Shown one piece after another: positions 1 to 10,407 of a DNA stretch of 64,000 bases (position 1 is the stretch's first letter; every line of letters begins with the position of its first letter). Position numbers and translations under genes: made by a program. Source of the DNA: Candidatus Cloacimonadales bacterium (GTDB taxonomy: Bacteria; Cloacimonadota; Cloacimonadia; Cloacimonadales; JAFGVF01); NCBI GenBank assembly GCA_963678315.1, contig OY782781.1:2112001-2176000 (forward strand), in the 5' to 3' direction. The notes under the pieces are model-generated. The model did no database searches. It was not told where the DNA came from and worked only from the letters and a program-made list of their open reading frames with translations.

Positions 1-158
1 CTAACTACACATTCCTCAGGAGACTCTCCTTTTTCAAGTTTACCTCCCAAACCGTTCCATTTACCTTCATGAATATCATTATCTTTCTTGTTACGATAAA
101 GCATTAGAGTTTTGTCATTTTTTTGGATATAACATAAGGTTGCGTTTATAGTTTTCAT
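1..158 (-). CDS. NUDIX hydrolase, 8-oxo-dGTP diphosphatase (MutX/MutT-like); runs off window start
   Basis: Manual translation from ATG at 158: MKTINATLCYIQKNDKTLMLYRNKKDNDIHEGKWNGLGGKLEKGESPEECVV, which contains the start of the Nudix box (GGKLExGESPEEC). Not in the ORF track. Confidence 0.85.
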   Translation of the reverse strand, partial: MKTINATLCYIQKNDKTLMLYRNKKDNDIHEGKWNGLGGKLEKGESPEECVV

Positions 159-168
159 GGAATCTTCT

Positions 169-1377
169 TTATAGGACTATACTCTTCTTTATAATCTCTA
201 TCTCGGTGGAAATAGAATCTAATGCTACTAAATAATTGTATTGCTTTTGAATATTGTTAACTTCAATCTTCCCCTCATAAAGAGAATCTTCTGAGATATA
301 AACCATAACGCTACATCCAGAGCTTATCGCCTTATTTAATGCACTGTTAATAGAAAAATCAATTATTCCCTGTACAGTATAGATGTTTTTATCTTGCAGT
401 TCTTGATGAATCTGTAATTCATTCAAAAGAAACTCTTTCTTCTCTGAACAAATATATACTTTGAAATCGTTACTCATAATAGGGAAAAGATTCTTTTTAT
501 CAACTAGTTCATATAGTAACTCTAAATCTAAATCAAACCCGATAGAAGAAATATCTCTGCCAACAACCTGCTTGGTAAGTTGATCATATCTTCCACCACC
601 ACCTAGAAGGATGTCCTCTCCATCTACCTTAACATAGAAGTTGAATACAATGCTATTATAGTAATCAAAAGTTCTTTTTAAATTATAATCTATTTTGTAA
701 TCGATTCTTAAATTAGATAGAAAGTGTTTTACATTGTTCAGTCTACCGGAACACTCAGTGCAAAGAGAATGAGTTGATGATTCCTTAGCAATCTTCTTCT
801 TAAGTAATGCAAGTTCACTATTGCTAGATAGGTCTTTTTCTCCATCATCATGGCTGTCTTCATGACTATTATCTGTGTTAATTGCAGAACAGTCTTTACA
901 TCCATAGGAACCAACTTTAACATAGTAATCTTGAAAACCGAATGCTTTAATTATACTAAGACCAGTTTCTATGATGTTAATGTCAGATACGAGAGTATCA
1001 TCACCATATATTTCAGCACCTAAACGATAGTTCTCACTCACTCCATCTAATGTATTACGGTACATGTTCTCCAAGTAGAAGAACTTTTTAATTCCCTCTG
1101 TAGAATCTAGTCCAAGGAAGTTATTAAGTACATTAATTGTTCCTTCTGGTCTTAAACTAAGCTTTGAATGATAATTAGTTTGCATAACTAAATGATTTAC
1201 TTTAGCAGAATCTGTTGAGCCTTCAAAACTTTTCAAACTATTATAGAGAATTGTGCTGTCTTGGAAAAGGGACAACCTAATCTGTCTGAAGTTTTTTAGT
1301 TGCATTACTTCATATATTGTATTCTCTAAATACTTCCATTTTATAGTATTGTCACAGTTGACGTTCCTTAACTTCAT
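169..1377 (-). CDS. Histidyl-tRNA synthetase-like protein (HisS/HisZ family paralog, degenerate motifs)
   Basis: LRPEGT, R.FDYY, GGGRYD.L and a C-terminal anticodon-binding-like domain. The motif 2 region is divergent. Confidence 0.7.
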   Translation of the reverse strand: MKLRNVNCDNTIKWKYLENTIYEVMQLKNFRQIRLSLFQDSTILYNSLKSFEGSTDSAKVNHLVMQTNYHSKLSLRPEGTINVLNNFLGLDSTEGIKKFFYLENMYRNTLDGVSENYRLGAEIYGDDTLVSDINIIETGLSIIKAFGFQDYYVKVGSYGCKDCSAINTDNSHEDSHDDGEKDLSSNSELALLKKKIAKESSTHSLCTECSGRLNNVKHFLSNLRIDYKIDYNLKRTFDYYNSIVFNFYVKVDGEDILLGGGGRYDQLTKQVVGRDISSIGFDLDLELLYELVDKKNLFPIMSNDFKVYICSEKKEFLLNELQIHQELQDKNIYTVQGIIDFSINSALNKAISSGCSVMVYISEDSLYEGKIEVNNIQKQYNYLVALDSISTEIEIIKKSIVL

Positions 1378-1757
1378 TTCAAAACACTCTTCTTGTCATA
1401 ATAAATTCTAATTCCGACATTTAATAGAAGTCCAATAAATATGCCTATATAATCTGCAAGCAAATCCCAAACAGAGTATGAGCGAGAAGGAATGAAGCGT
1501 TGAATACCTTCATCTACAAAAGGAAACAAGAGTAAAACTATATAGATAGTTAACTTATAAGTATATTTTATATCAGAATAATGCAAGAATCTATATAAGA
1601 TAATCATAAATGCTACAAATTTAATAATATGCAAAAGTTTATCATAACCTAATATATATTCCATTGGAATAGATGAATTAGGAATGGTTGTTGCTATAAT
1701 ATCTGCAATAAACCAACATATCAAAAGAACAGTATAAAATACTTTTTTATTAATCAT
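1374..1757 (-). CDS. VanZ family membrane protein
   Basis: DKLLH...DEGIQRFIPSRSYSVWDLLAD motifs and hydrophobic helices. The likely start is ATG 1757 (MINKK), not 1823. Confidence 0.85.
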   Translation of the reverse strand: MINKKVFYTVLLICWFIADIIATTIPNSSIPMEYILGYDKLLHIIKFVAFMIILYRFLHYSDIKYTYKLTIYIVLLLFPFVDEGIQRFIPSRSYSVWDLLADYIGIFIGLLLNVGIRIYYDKKSVLK

Positions 1758-3039
1758 TTTCTTCCTCTGAATCGATTGCACTAAAGTTAACAAATTCAAT
1801 TCGTTGACCTGCAATTTTCTCAATCACAAATGTACCAATATTTTCAATCTTAACTGATTCTCCTTCTTCAGGAATATGGTTAAATTCTGATAGAAGGTAA
1901 TCTGCAAGATTATCAAACTCATCAGTATCAATGTCAAGAGTTAATTTCTCATTTATTTCAGATATCCCTACCATTCCAGAAAGTTTATACTCATTATCAC
2001 TGATTTGAGTTATTTCTTCTGGTTCATCAATATCATATTCATCTTGGATATCACCAACCAGCTCTTCTAAGATATCTTCTAATGTTACTAATCCTGATGT
2101 TCCACCGTATTCATCTACAACAATCGCAATTTGTATTTTATTTGTTTTAAATTGATTGAATAAAGTTTGTATTTTAGTGTTTTCAGTAACAAAGAAGGCT
2201 GGTCTCATTACTTCTTTTATAGATAATACATCATTATTTAGTATCATATCTTTAACATAAATAATGCCTGTAATTTCATCAATATTTTCTTTAAACACAG
2301 GTATTCTAGAATAACCCGATTCTTTTATCTTTTCTTTCAAACAATCGAGAGTATCGTTTTCTTCCACAGCGACAATATCCACTCTTGGTTGAATAATCTC
2401 TCTAACTTCAGTTGTTGAAAACCGAAAAATACCAGCAATGATTTCTTTTTCATTATCTTCAAGAGGATGATCTGCAGACTCAGATTTAACTAAGTTCTTA
2501 AAATCTTCAGAAGTAAAGCTATATGTTTCTTGCGCCGAAACAACATCTTTCTTTGATATTAAATTAACTACAAGCTCAATTGGTTTAAGAATAGGATAAA
2601 AGATAATGCCTAAAGGTTGGAGAATATAACTTGAATAACCTGCAAATTTCTCGCAATTACCAAAAGCAAATAGTTTTGGAATGATTTCTCCGATAGTAAG
2701 AAGTAATACTGTAGTTATCAGAATCTGTATACCAATCAATACAGGATCGGTATTAGAACTAAAAGTATGATATTGCATATTATATCTAATTGCAATAAGG
2801 GTTGATAGTGATGATACACCAATATTAACTAGAGTGTTTCCTAATAGAATAAGAATTAACAGATAAGTTGGTTTTTCTAAAAGTTTCAAAACCCTTTTAG
2901 AAGTTTTATCGCCTGATGACTCTATTTTTTTTAACTGCAGCTTATTTATTGAAAAGAAAGCAGTTTCAGAACCCGAGAAAAATGCCGATAATGCGAATAA
3001 TATAATTACTATTATAAAGTATAGTATCGAGTCTTCCAC
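1750..3039 (-). CDS. HlyC/CorC family transporter (CNNM/DUF21 + CBS pair + CorC_HlyC)
   Basis: SAFFSGSETAFFS, GEIIPK, YSRIPV, VVDEYGGTSGLVTLEDILEELVGDIQDE. Confidence 0.93.
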   Translation of the reverse strand: MEDSILYFIIVIILFALSAFFSGSETAFFSINKLQLKKIESSGDKTSKRVLKLLEKPTYLLILILLGNTLVNIGVSSLSTLIAIRYNMQYHTFSSNTDPVLIGIQILITTVLLLTIGEIIPKLFAFGNCEKFAGYSSYILQPLGIIFYPILKPIELVVNLISKKDVVSAQETYSFTSEDFKNLVKSESADHPLEDNEKEIIAGIFRFSTTEVREIIQPRVDIVAVEENDTLDCLKEKIKESGYSRIPVFKENIDEITGIIYVKDMILNNDVLSIKEVMRPAFFVTENTKIQTLFNQFKTNKIQIAIVVDEYGGTSGLVTLEDILEELVGDIQDEYDIDEPEEITQISDNEYKLSGMVGISEINEKLTLDIDTDEFDNLADYLLSEFNHIPEEGESVKIENIGTFVIEKIAGQRIEFVNFSAIDSEEEND

Positions 3040-3056
3040 AATGTGGTAATCTCCTT

Positions 3057-3458
3057 TTAATTTAAATTTCTATAGATAAGTTCTTTTTTACTCATGATAT
3101 TTTTTCCCTCTGCTGAGAGATGGTCATAACCTAACAAATGCAACATACCATGAATAAAAAGCTCTTTGATTTCAGTTTCTAATGTTTTATTACCTTTTTG
3201 CTTATTGGCAACTGAAATGTCAATAATAATCTCACCATATACTGGGATAAAGTCTAACTCATTAGTAAAAGAGATTACATCAGTCTCTGAATCCTTACCT
3301 CTATATTTACTATTAAATTGACGTATCTCTCCCTCATCAAGGAATAAAACATCAACATCTTTTTCTTCTTTTTCTTCTTTGTTCAAAATGTTTACATAGA
3401 CATTGTTTAACATATCAACATCTATTGTGTGTTTACTTTTATTTACAATATTTAACAT
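3057..3458 (-). CDS. ybeY: rRNA maturation RNase YbeY
   Basis: N..YRGKD..TDVISF and the HGMLHLLGYDH metal-binding motif. Confidence 0.95.
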   Translation of the reverse strand: MLNIVNKSKHTIDVDMLNNVYVNILNKEEKEEKDVDVLFLDEGEIRQFNSKYRGKDSETDVISFTNELDFIPVYGEIIIDISVANKQKGNKTLETEIKELFIHGMLHLLGYDHLSAEGKNIMSKKELIYRNLN

Positions 3459-3607
3459 AATTTTTATAGATTATATTTAGTTTAGATTGAAGTTTTGGTC
3501 AAGTAATTTTTGTTCAAATTAAATATAAGTAATAATATATTTTTTTTCTTTACAATAAAAAGGGATAAAACAAAATTATTATATTATAAAATTATTAAGG
3601 AGTACTG

Positions 3608-6235
3608 ATGAAAAAACTAAGCATTTTTTTTATATCTATTCTACTTGTCATCGAGCTTTTAGCTGTTGATGTCAGTGGTAATCAAAGTGGTCAATGGTCC
3701 TATGACCAAAGTCCATACCTTGTCACTGGAGATGTTACTGTTCCATTGGGAGAATCATTAACAATTGAAGCAGGTGTAACTGTAGAATTTAGCGGTGATT
3801 ATCAAATTACTGCTGAAGGAAAGATGATTGCAGTAGGAACTGCTGATTCATTAATTACTTTCAAGGCCAATGAAGAAACAGAAGAGATTACACATCAGGG
3901 TATCAGATTAGAGTATGAAGGTCCTGATTTTAATGAGTTTGATTATTGTGTATTCATGAATGGTGAAGATGGAGTAAATTCAATTGATGCACCTGTCAAA
4001 ATTTCTAATTCTCATTTTGCATATAATGATGAAGGTATCCATCTTTTTGCTATCGGTAATCCTAACCCACCGCGAGCTGAAATTACAAATAATTTAATTG
4101 AGACAAGTGTAAAAAGTGGTATTTCAATAGCTGAGAATGGAAATGCTTTGATTGAAGACAATGAATTAACCGGTAATGGTACTGGACCTCAGTTTAGAGG
4201 TGCAATTCAAATGCAAATTCAATCTGATAATTCTTATATAGCTCCTGAAATTAGAAGCAACAATATTCATGATAATCACTATCAAGGAATTACTTCTTCT
4301 GATATGTTCTCATGTGGAACTATTGATGCTCAGATATTTAATAACACTATCACAAGAAATTACACTGGTGTATACTTCTATAATACTACAGGTACTTTAG
4401 TTGGCAATACAATAACAGATAATTACATTGAAGGCAACATGAATTCAGGTGCTGGTGTGATGTGTTATGCAGCTGGGGCTACTCCTTATATAGCTCAGAA
4501 TGTGATTTCAGGAAACTATGGTGGTATCTATATTGCTAGTAATGCTAATCCTATAATTGGTGCACCTGAAATGAATCATCCACATGCTATCGGTATGAAT
4601 CACATAGAGGATAATATCGACGTAAACGACAATAATAATAGTGTTATTCTTAACGGTGTAGCTTCTGATGTAACTATCTTAGCTAAAAATAACTTCTGGG
4701 GCTCCACTGATCCAAGTGTTATTGATGAAACTATTACTGACCAAAATGATAATTCATCTTTGGGCTTAGTAGAATACTTACCACTAGCATCAGATGAAGA
4801 ATTATCTATAACTGTTAATATTACTGATGATAATGAAAATGGAAGTCCTTATTATCTATCAATATGGAACTTAGATACAAATATAAAAGATACACAAGTA
4901 TTTGAATCACCTTCTTCTAGCAATGTTATAAATATTGAAGCAGGATCTTATGCTTTCTATGCAAAGAAACATGGTTTTACTCCATTTACTGATGATGTTT
5001 ATGCATATGCCGGCGACTTTGATATGCTCGATATATACGAAATTTCTCCATTGAATAACAACATTGAAATCAATCTTCACTTCAGTGATACACCTACTCC
5101 AAGAAGATACAAGACTTATGATAGTTTTGACTTAAACGGAACTACTGTCATACCTTTATGGACACCAAACCAATTAAGCGAGAATGTTAAGCAACTTATA
5201 TATGAGAATAATGATGGTGATATCATGCTCAAAGGCTATCAACATTACACAGCTGATGGATGGCAAAGTGTTGAATTAGAAGAAGAACTTCTTTATTCAA
5301 AAAATAATGCTGTTTATAATGATGCTTGGACAGGTTATCATGTAACAAGTATTGACCCATCTTACCCTATATTTTCTAAATATTCTATCCATAGGGGAAT
5401 AATCAATAAAGAAATAAATGGAGCGGACTATAATGTTCAATATATAACAACAAGCTATTCTTCTCCGTTTGACCACACTATTGATTCTGAAGAAGAATAT
5501 ATTGGTGCTATCTTCCCTATTCATACTGCTTTTTATGATGCTTCAACTATTCTCTACTCTAGTTATAATTATGACATCATTCCAAGTGATGTTACTACCG
5601 ATATGATGACTTTAACTGAATCAAGTGAAGCAATTATGATAGAGGAGAATATCGGTCAACAACCTACAAATATTTTCAGAATTGATGAAAACCTTTATTG
5701 GGATCAGATGTACATATTTGATAATTCAGCTGATGTTATTTCATATCGTGTAGAGTTCTCACGCCCTGATTTGGGTTATCCAAATTCAGAATCATACCCA
5801 GTTGCATCATGGGAGCATTCATTCGAAATTCCATTACGACACTTCGAAAATCAATTTGATTGCATAGTAAAAGCTATTGACAATTCAAATTCTGTTGTTG
5901 GAATCTCAGATACTATAAGATGGAGACCAACTCCTACTTCAAACAATGACGTTGAAAGTGTAACTCTTCTTGAAGGCAATTATCCAAATCCTTTCAATCC
6001 TGAAACTACAATTTCTTACAATGTAGCTAATGATAGTAAAGTAACTATTGAAGTTTATAATCTTCTTGGACAAAAAGTAAAAACACTTGTTGATGATATT
6101 GTATCTCATGGTAATCATTCAGTTGTATGGAATGGTAAAGATGATAGCAACAAGCAGGTTGCTTCCGGAGTTTACTTCTACAAAATGAAGAATGGTAAAT
6201 ATTCAAAAACAAAGAAAATGGTACTCATGAAATAG
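3608..6235 (+). CDS. Secreted right-handed beta-helix protein with C-terminal FlgD-Ig/T9SS-like sorting domain
   Basis: Signal peptide, SPYLVTGDVTV, parallel beta-helix (N-x-I-x-x-N) repeats, and NYPNPFNPET...ASGVYFYKM...KKMVLMK tail. Confidence 0.8.
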   Translation: MKKLSIFFISILLVIELLAVDVSGNQSGQWSYDQSPYLVTGDVTVPLGESLTIEAGVTVEFSGDYQITAEGKMIAVGTADSLITFKANEETEEITHQGIRLEYEGPDFNEFDYCVFMNGEDGVNSIDAPVKISNSHFAYNDEGIHLFAIGNPNPPRAEITNNLIETSVKSGISIAENGNALIEDNELTGNGTGPQFRGAIQMQIQSDNSYIAPEIRSNNIHDNHYQGITSSDMFSCGTIDAQIFNNTITRNYTGVYFYNTTGTLVGNTITDNYIEGNMNSGAGVMCYAAGATPYIAQNVISGNYGGIYIASNANPIIGAPEMNHPHAIGMNHIEDNIDVNDNNNSVILNGVASDVTILAKNNFWGSTDPSVIDETITDQNDNSSLGLVEYLPLASDEELSITVNITDDNENGSPYYLSIWNLDTNIKDTQVFESPSSSNVINIEAGSYAFYAKKHGFTPFTDDVYAYAGDFDMLDIYEISPLNNNIEINLHFSDTPTPRRYKTYDSFDLNGTTVIPLWTPNQLSENVKQLIYENNDGDIMLKGYQHYTADGWQSVELEEELLYSKNNAVYNDAWTGYHVTSIDPSYPIFSKYSIHRGIINKEINGADYNVQYITTSYSSPFDHTIDSEEEYIGAIFPIHTAFYDASTILYSSYNYDIIPSDVTTDMMTLTESSEAIMIEENIGQQPTNIFRIDENLYWDQMYIFDNSADVISYRVEFSRPDLGYPNSESYPVASWEHSFEIPLRHFENQFDCIVKAIDNSNSVVGISDTIRWRPTPTSNNDVESVTLLEGNYPNPFNPETTISYNVANDSKVTIEVYNLLGQKVKTLVDDIVSHGNHSVVWNGKDDSNKQVASGVYFYKMKNGKYSKTKKMVLMK

Positions 6236-6253
6236 TATCATAAAAAATATCCT

Positions 6254-6285
6254 AAAGCTCACAATAATTGTGGGCTTTTTGTTTT
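6254..6285 (+). terminator. Rho-independent terminator
   Basis: aaagctcacaat-a-attgtgggcttt hairpin followed by a T-rich tract just after the 6235 stop. Confidence 0.75.
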
Positions 6286-6392
6286 TCTAATCTAGTTAAA
6301 TTCTTCAAAATATTCGTTGGTTCTTATGGTATAAGCCTAATTAGGATGAGGAAAAACCCCTACATATAGTAAATTTAATCCTTAAAACCTTA

Positions 6393-6585
6393 ATACCTAA
6401 AGGAGTAAATATACAAAACCCATGATTTTAATCATAGGGTATAGTCGCATATTTGTCTTTATAGTCTTGAAGGGACTTTTAAATGCAATTATAATTTGAT
6501 AAGTGCTTTCAGCACTACTATATGCTTGTTTTAACTTAACCTAGGTTTGAAAACCTAGGCTTTTGACAATTAATCCTTTCAGGAT
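6393..6585. repeat. Decayed ~190-bp composite palindromic (REP/REPIN-like) element
   Basis: Series of small hairpins: cctaaagg, acccatgattttaatcatagggt, agtcttgaagggact, agtgctttcagcact, cctaggtttgaaaacctagg, atcctttcaggat. They are arranged as a large imperfect inverted repeat. Confidence 0.5.
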
Positions 6586-6678
6586 ATTTTATGTGTTAGT
6601 ATGATTAAAGTTCAATCTTCATGGATGCTTACAGTCAATCTTATAGCAGCGCATTAAAATATGGCTTACAATTTAAAT

Positions 6679-6885
6679 CTAAGCTTGTTTATTTTTTAGT
6701 AAGATTATTACTCCCACAATCAGGAATAGAAGGCTTAGTACAAGAGAGAATGTGACTGTTTGATAGTTTAAGTTGTGCTTTGGTCTAATATAAATTTCTA
6801 ATCCTAATACCAGACTAAATATAATACAAGCATAACCAATAATTTCGTCACTGTGATATTTACTTTCCATATCTATATTTTTCAC
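6679..6885 (-). CDS. Small hypothetical membrane protein (2 TM)
   Basis: 68-aa ORF with two hydrophobic segments; no family recognised. Confidence 0.4.
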   Translation of the reverse strand: MKNIDMESKYHSDEIIGYACIIFSLVLGLEIYIRPKHNLNYQTVTFSLVLSLLFLIVGVIILLKNKQA

Positions 6886-6964
6886 CTATTATTTATTTAT
6901 GTAAAATATAAGCTGTTTGCATAAAATAACAAATAATGATTTTAGTCTTCTTACTCTATCGATA

Positions 6965-7014
6965 CTAAAGGGTCTCCTGCATAAAAAAGCATTTTAATGC
7001 AGGAGGCCCTTTAG
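6965..7014. repeat. Dispersed ~50-bp palindromic repeat, copy 1
   Basis: ctaaagggtctcctgcat-N14-atgcaggaggccctttag; related copies at 14413 and 40464. Confidence 0.75.
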
Positions 7015-7096
7015 CTAGAGTTAAAGAATATGTTAAATGTATATGTTATCTAAACAATTAATCAGTTTGATATTTATTAGAAGTTATTAATATTAC

Positions 7097-8212
7097 CTAC
7101 TTTTTAGAGATAGCAACATTGAAACCACGTCTTTGCTTGACTTCACAGTTTCCAAAAACCTTGTTCATTGCATTATAAATATGAGTAATGTTCTTCGCTA
7201 CAATATAAGCTCTCCCACCTTTAGCAAGAGATTCATAAGCTTTATCTATAAATAAATCAGCGATTCTAAAGTTTGAAAAGTAAGGAGGGTTTCCTACAAA
7301 GACATTTGCTTTAATGTTCTTTACACCCTCATCGGTAAGATGAAATTCGGTATTGGTAATATTGTTTAAAGTGCAGTTTTCTTTGCAGCAATTAAATGCG
7401 ATTGAATTTGAGTCTACAAAAATAGTTTTAGCTGGATTGTAGTATTTAGCAAGTGCAATACCTACTGAGCCAATACCAGCACCCATATCAAGAACTATGT
7501 CTTTTTCAGTTACTTGGGCGTTTTCAATTAAAGCTAAAGCACCCTCATCAACTCTGTGGTGTGCGAAAACACCTGGAAGAGATGTGAACTCAAGTTCAGG
7601 CTTGTCGGGTAGACATAACCAAAAGTTATCTTTGAAATCTAAAGGTAAATCAATTAAAACACTTTTTCTTAAAAGAATCAAAAATTGTCCCTTTACAGGC
7701 TCTTCTAGTGAATATGGTATTTCATTAATTCTTAAAATATCTTCAAACCACTTACTTCTTTTATCACAAGAAACAATTATCTTGCCCTTCTTCTTTGTTT
7801 GGTTATAGAATTTTGAAAATAGAAATTCATAGAACTCTTTACTATAAGTTTTATTGTCAATTTGCATTACAAAGAGTGACAACTTGTCTTCTGGGACATT
7901 AGTTAAATTACACTTATTGTTGATGATGGTTTTATTTCTTCTAATGTTCTTATTGATAGTGTTGTGATGATGAAAATCAACATTCAAGACAGTAATAACA
8001 TTATCTAGAGGAAATTTGTTCTTAAGATAGATAGGTAAAGCTCCTGTCCTATTGTTAACAAACAAACAGTTACTTAGATCTTTCTCATTGTATGCTGTTT
8101 TGAAGAGATTCTTTTCAGTTGTATGAAGTCCTGATCTCGACAAGATTGTAGTACCGTTGAAACTTTCTTTAAAAAACTTTTCTCTTTTTTTCTCTGTTAT
8201 ATATATATTCAT
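7097..8212 (-). CDS. Class I SAM methyltransferase, RsmC/RlmG (MTS) family
   Basis: PGVFAHHRVDEGA, VLDMGAGIG and NPPY motifs; two-domain RsmC-like length. Confidence 0.8.
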   Translation of the reverse strand: MNIYITEKKREKFFKESFNGTTILSRSGLHTTEKNLFKTAYNEKDLSNCLFVNNRTGALPIYLKNKFPLDNVITVLNVDFHHHNTINKNIRRNKTIINNKCNLTNVPEDKLSLFVMQIDNKTYSKEFYEFLFSKFYNQTKKKGKIIVSCDKRSKWFEDILRINEIPYSLEEPVKGQFLILLRKSVLIDLPLDFKDNFWLCLPDKPELEFTSLPGVFAHHRVDEGALALIENAQVTEKDIVLDMGAGIGSVGIALAKYYNPAKTIFVDSNSIAFNCCKENCTLNNITNTEFHLTDEGVKNIKANVFVGNPPYFSNFRIADLFIDKAYESLAKGGRAYIVAKNITHIYNAMNKVFGNCEVKQRRGFNVAISKK

Positions 8213-8221
8213 TATCTTCCT

Positions 8222-9016
8222 TTATTTATCTAGTGAGGCTACTACAAGAATACCGTTGCCTTGTTCGTTATTAGCTTTCTGGTCAGCTTTCATTAAACAA
8301 GTTAAGAATGGGTACATTAATATTAAATAAGCTGGGACCACTATAAATGCTAGTTTTGTTTTTTGGAACAATTGCATAGGTATCTTCATACAATATTTCC
8401 AGTATTTAGCTCCATATTTGCCATAAGTATATCTTATTGAATCAATTTTGAAGCCAGCATCATGCAACTTTTCAACAAGTTCATCCATATCATAACCGGG
8501 CCTAACATGTTCCTCTGTATAAGCTGCAGCTTCATCAAATGTACTTGGTGTAGAAATTATTAATTTTCCGTGTTGGCTAATGCAATTACTGAAATTGCTA
8601 ATAGTTTGACGGTCATTTTCAATATGTTCTAATATGTCTATGGCGATTATTAAGTCATATTTATTTTTTGGAGTGTATTCTTGTAAGTCAGCTACCTTGT
8701 ATGAAAATCTACCTTCTTTTTTAGATTGATTAACATAGAAACTATAGTCATTGAGATAATTTTCCTTGATATCAACTGCATGAACTTTAGAATTAGGATA
8801 ATAATCAAGTACAAAGTCACTGTACTGTAAGAATCCTCCACCAGCATCATACATGCTAAAAGATTCATTTTTATCTTTATAGACTTTATTAATCATTTTA
8901 AAAACATACTGTTGACGTAAAATAAACGTGTTAAGTAGTTTATAAAATACTTTTCTTAAAAATGGAAAGATTGCTATGGCTGTAGCAAATTTATCTTTGA
9001 CAATATCGTACTTCAT
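8222..9016 (-). CDS. Class I SAM-dependent methyltransferase
   Basis: YDAGGG, YDLIIAIDILEHI, GKLIISTP, HVRPGY. Confidence 0.85.
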   Translation of the reverse strand: MKYDIVKDKFATAIAIFPFLRKVFYKLLNTFILRQQYVFKMINKVYKDKNESFSMYDAGGGFLQYSDFVLDYYPNSKVHAVDIKENYLNDYSFYVNQSKKEGRFSYKVADLQEYTPKNKYDLIIAIDILEHIENDRQTISNFSNCISQHGKLIISTPSTFDEAAAYTEEHVRPGYDMDELVEKLHDAGFKIDSIRYTYGKYGAKYWKYCMKIPMQLFQKTKLAFIVVPAYLILMYPFLTCLMKADQKANNEQGNGILVVASLDK

Positions 9017-9183
9017 CTTAATCTTCCTTTATCCTATTTATTTAAATAGATTATCTTGAGATTTGACTATTCTTGTTGAAGAATGTTATTCAAGGAATAA
9101 TTAGCCAAATAAATAGGGCTGAATTTATTATTCAATAATTGTAGACTATATTTTAATGTCAAGATAATGAAAGGATTTTTAAT

Positions 9184-10344
9184 ATGAATATAAAAGATAT
9201 TGTTGACTTCTATAACAAACAAAATAGCAATCAAGCTATAATTGATGATATAAATTCAATATCATTAAACAATATAAACCAAATTTCAAAACTAAAAGAT
9301 AAATATAAAAAGTACCCCATTGCTGATTTGCTAACATTGAAAAGAATAAGAGGGAATGCCCTGAAAAGAATTAACAATGCGGAGAATTATATTTTTACAG
9401 TTAAAGGAGTAGAACAATCTTCGTCAAGTGCAGTAGCAAACTTCCATTCAAGTCTATTTTATGAAGACGATGTTATTGCAGACTTATGTTGTGGGAACGG
9501 AATTGACTTAATCGCTATTGCTAAGAAAGTAAAGAAAGTCTTTGCTATAGATTTATCTGATGATGCTTTGCAGTGTGCGAGCTTTAATTCTAAAGTGGAG
9601 AATTTGAACAATATAGTATTCTTACAAGAAAAAGCTGAAGAGTTTAATAAAAGAATAGATGGTGTCTTCATTGACCCTGATAGACGTCCTAATGAAAGAA
9701 GAGTTATTAATGGCAATGATATATCCCCTAGCTTCAATGAAGTTCTTAAGTTAATTAACAAATACAAGAATGTTGTTGTGAAACTTTCTCCAGTTTTTGA
9801 TTATAAGTCTATTGAACTAGTAGATGTTAAACACACTTGGATGTTTGTTTCAGAAGGAAAAACTCTTAAAGAAATTCTTCTTTGTACAGGTAAATACTCT
9901 TTAGAAAGTTCTCGTGCTGCTTATATATTGCCAGACAATGTATTCTTACCTAATCATCAAGAAATAGCAGTTGCTCCAATAAATGAATATATTTTTGAAC
10001 CAGACTCTTCCATAATTAGAGCCGGATTAGTACAAGATATAGGTCATAGCATTGAATATACATTAATAAACAAACATATAGGCTTACTTACTGGGAAATA
10101 TCCAGTTAAATCAATATGGGGTGAATGTTTCAAGGTTAAAGAGGTATTTCATTATAACAAGAAAAACATGAACAAATTCTTAAAAACACACCATGTAGGA
10201 CAGCTAATTATCAAGACCAGAGGTTTTCCTGAGACACCTCAGCAGGTACTTAACAAATTTAAATTAAAAGGTACTAGACAAGAATTGATATTAATTGTAA
10301 GAATGGATAAAGAATTTTTATGTTTGAATATTGAGAGAATTTAA
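9184..10344 (+). CDS. SAM-dependent methyltransferase with THUMP-like C-terminal domain
   Basis: EQSSS, ADLCCGNGID, FIDPDRR, VKLSP, EPDSSIIRAGL. Confidence 0.8.
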   Translation: MNIKDIVDFYNKQNSNQAIIDDINSISLNNINQISKLKDKYKKYPIADLLTLKRIRGNALKRINNAENYIFTVKGVEQSSSSAVANFHSSLFYEDDVIADLCCGNGIDLIAIAKKVKKVFAIDLSDDALQCASFNSKVENLNNIVFLQEKAEEFNKRIDGVFIDPDRRPNERRVINGNDISPSFNEVLKLINKYKNVVVKLSPVFDYKSIELVDVKHTWMFVSEGKTLKEILLCTGKYSLESSRAAYILPDNVFLPNHQEIAVAPINEYIFEPDSSIIRAGLVQDIGHSIEYTLINKHIGLLTGKYPVKSIWGECFKVKEVFHYNKKNMNKFLKTHHVGQLIIKTRGFPETPQQVLNKFKLKGTRQELILIVRMDKEFLCLNIERI

Positions 10345-10407
10345 GTTTATAATGAGGAATATATATTGCATAAATAATATTTAAAATAACACTAAAGGAT
10401 GGTACAG

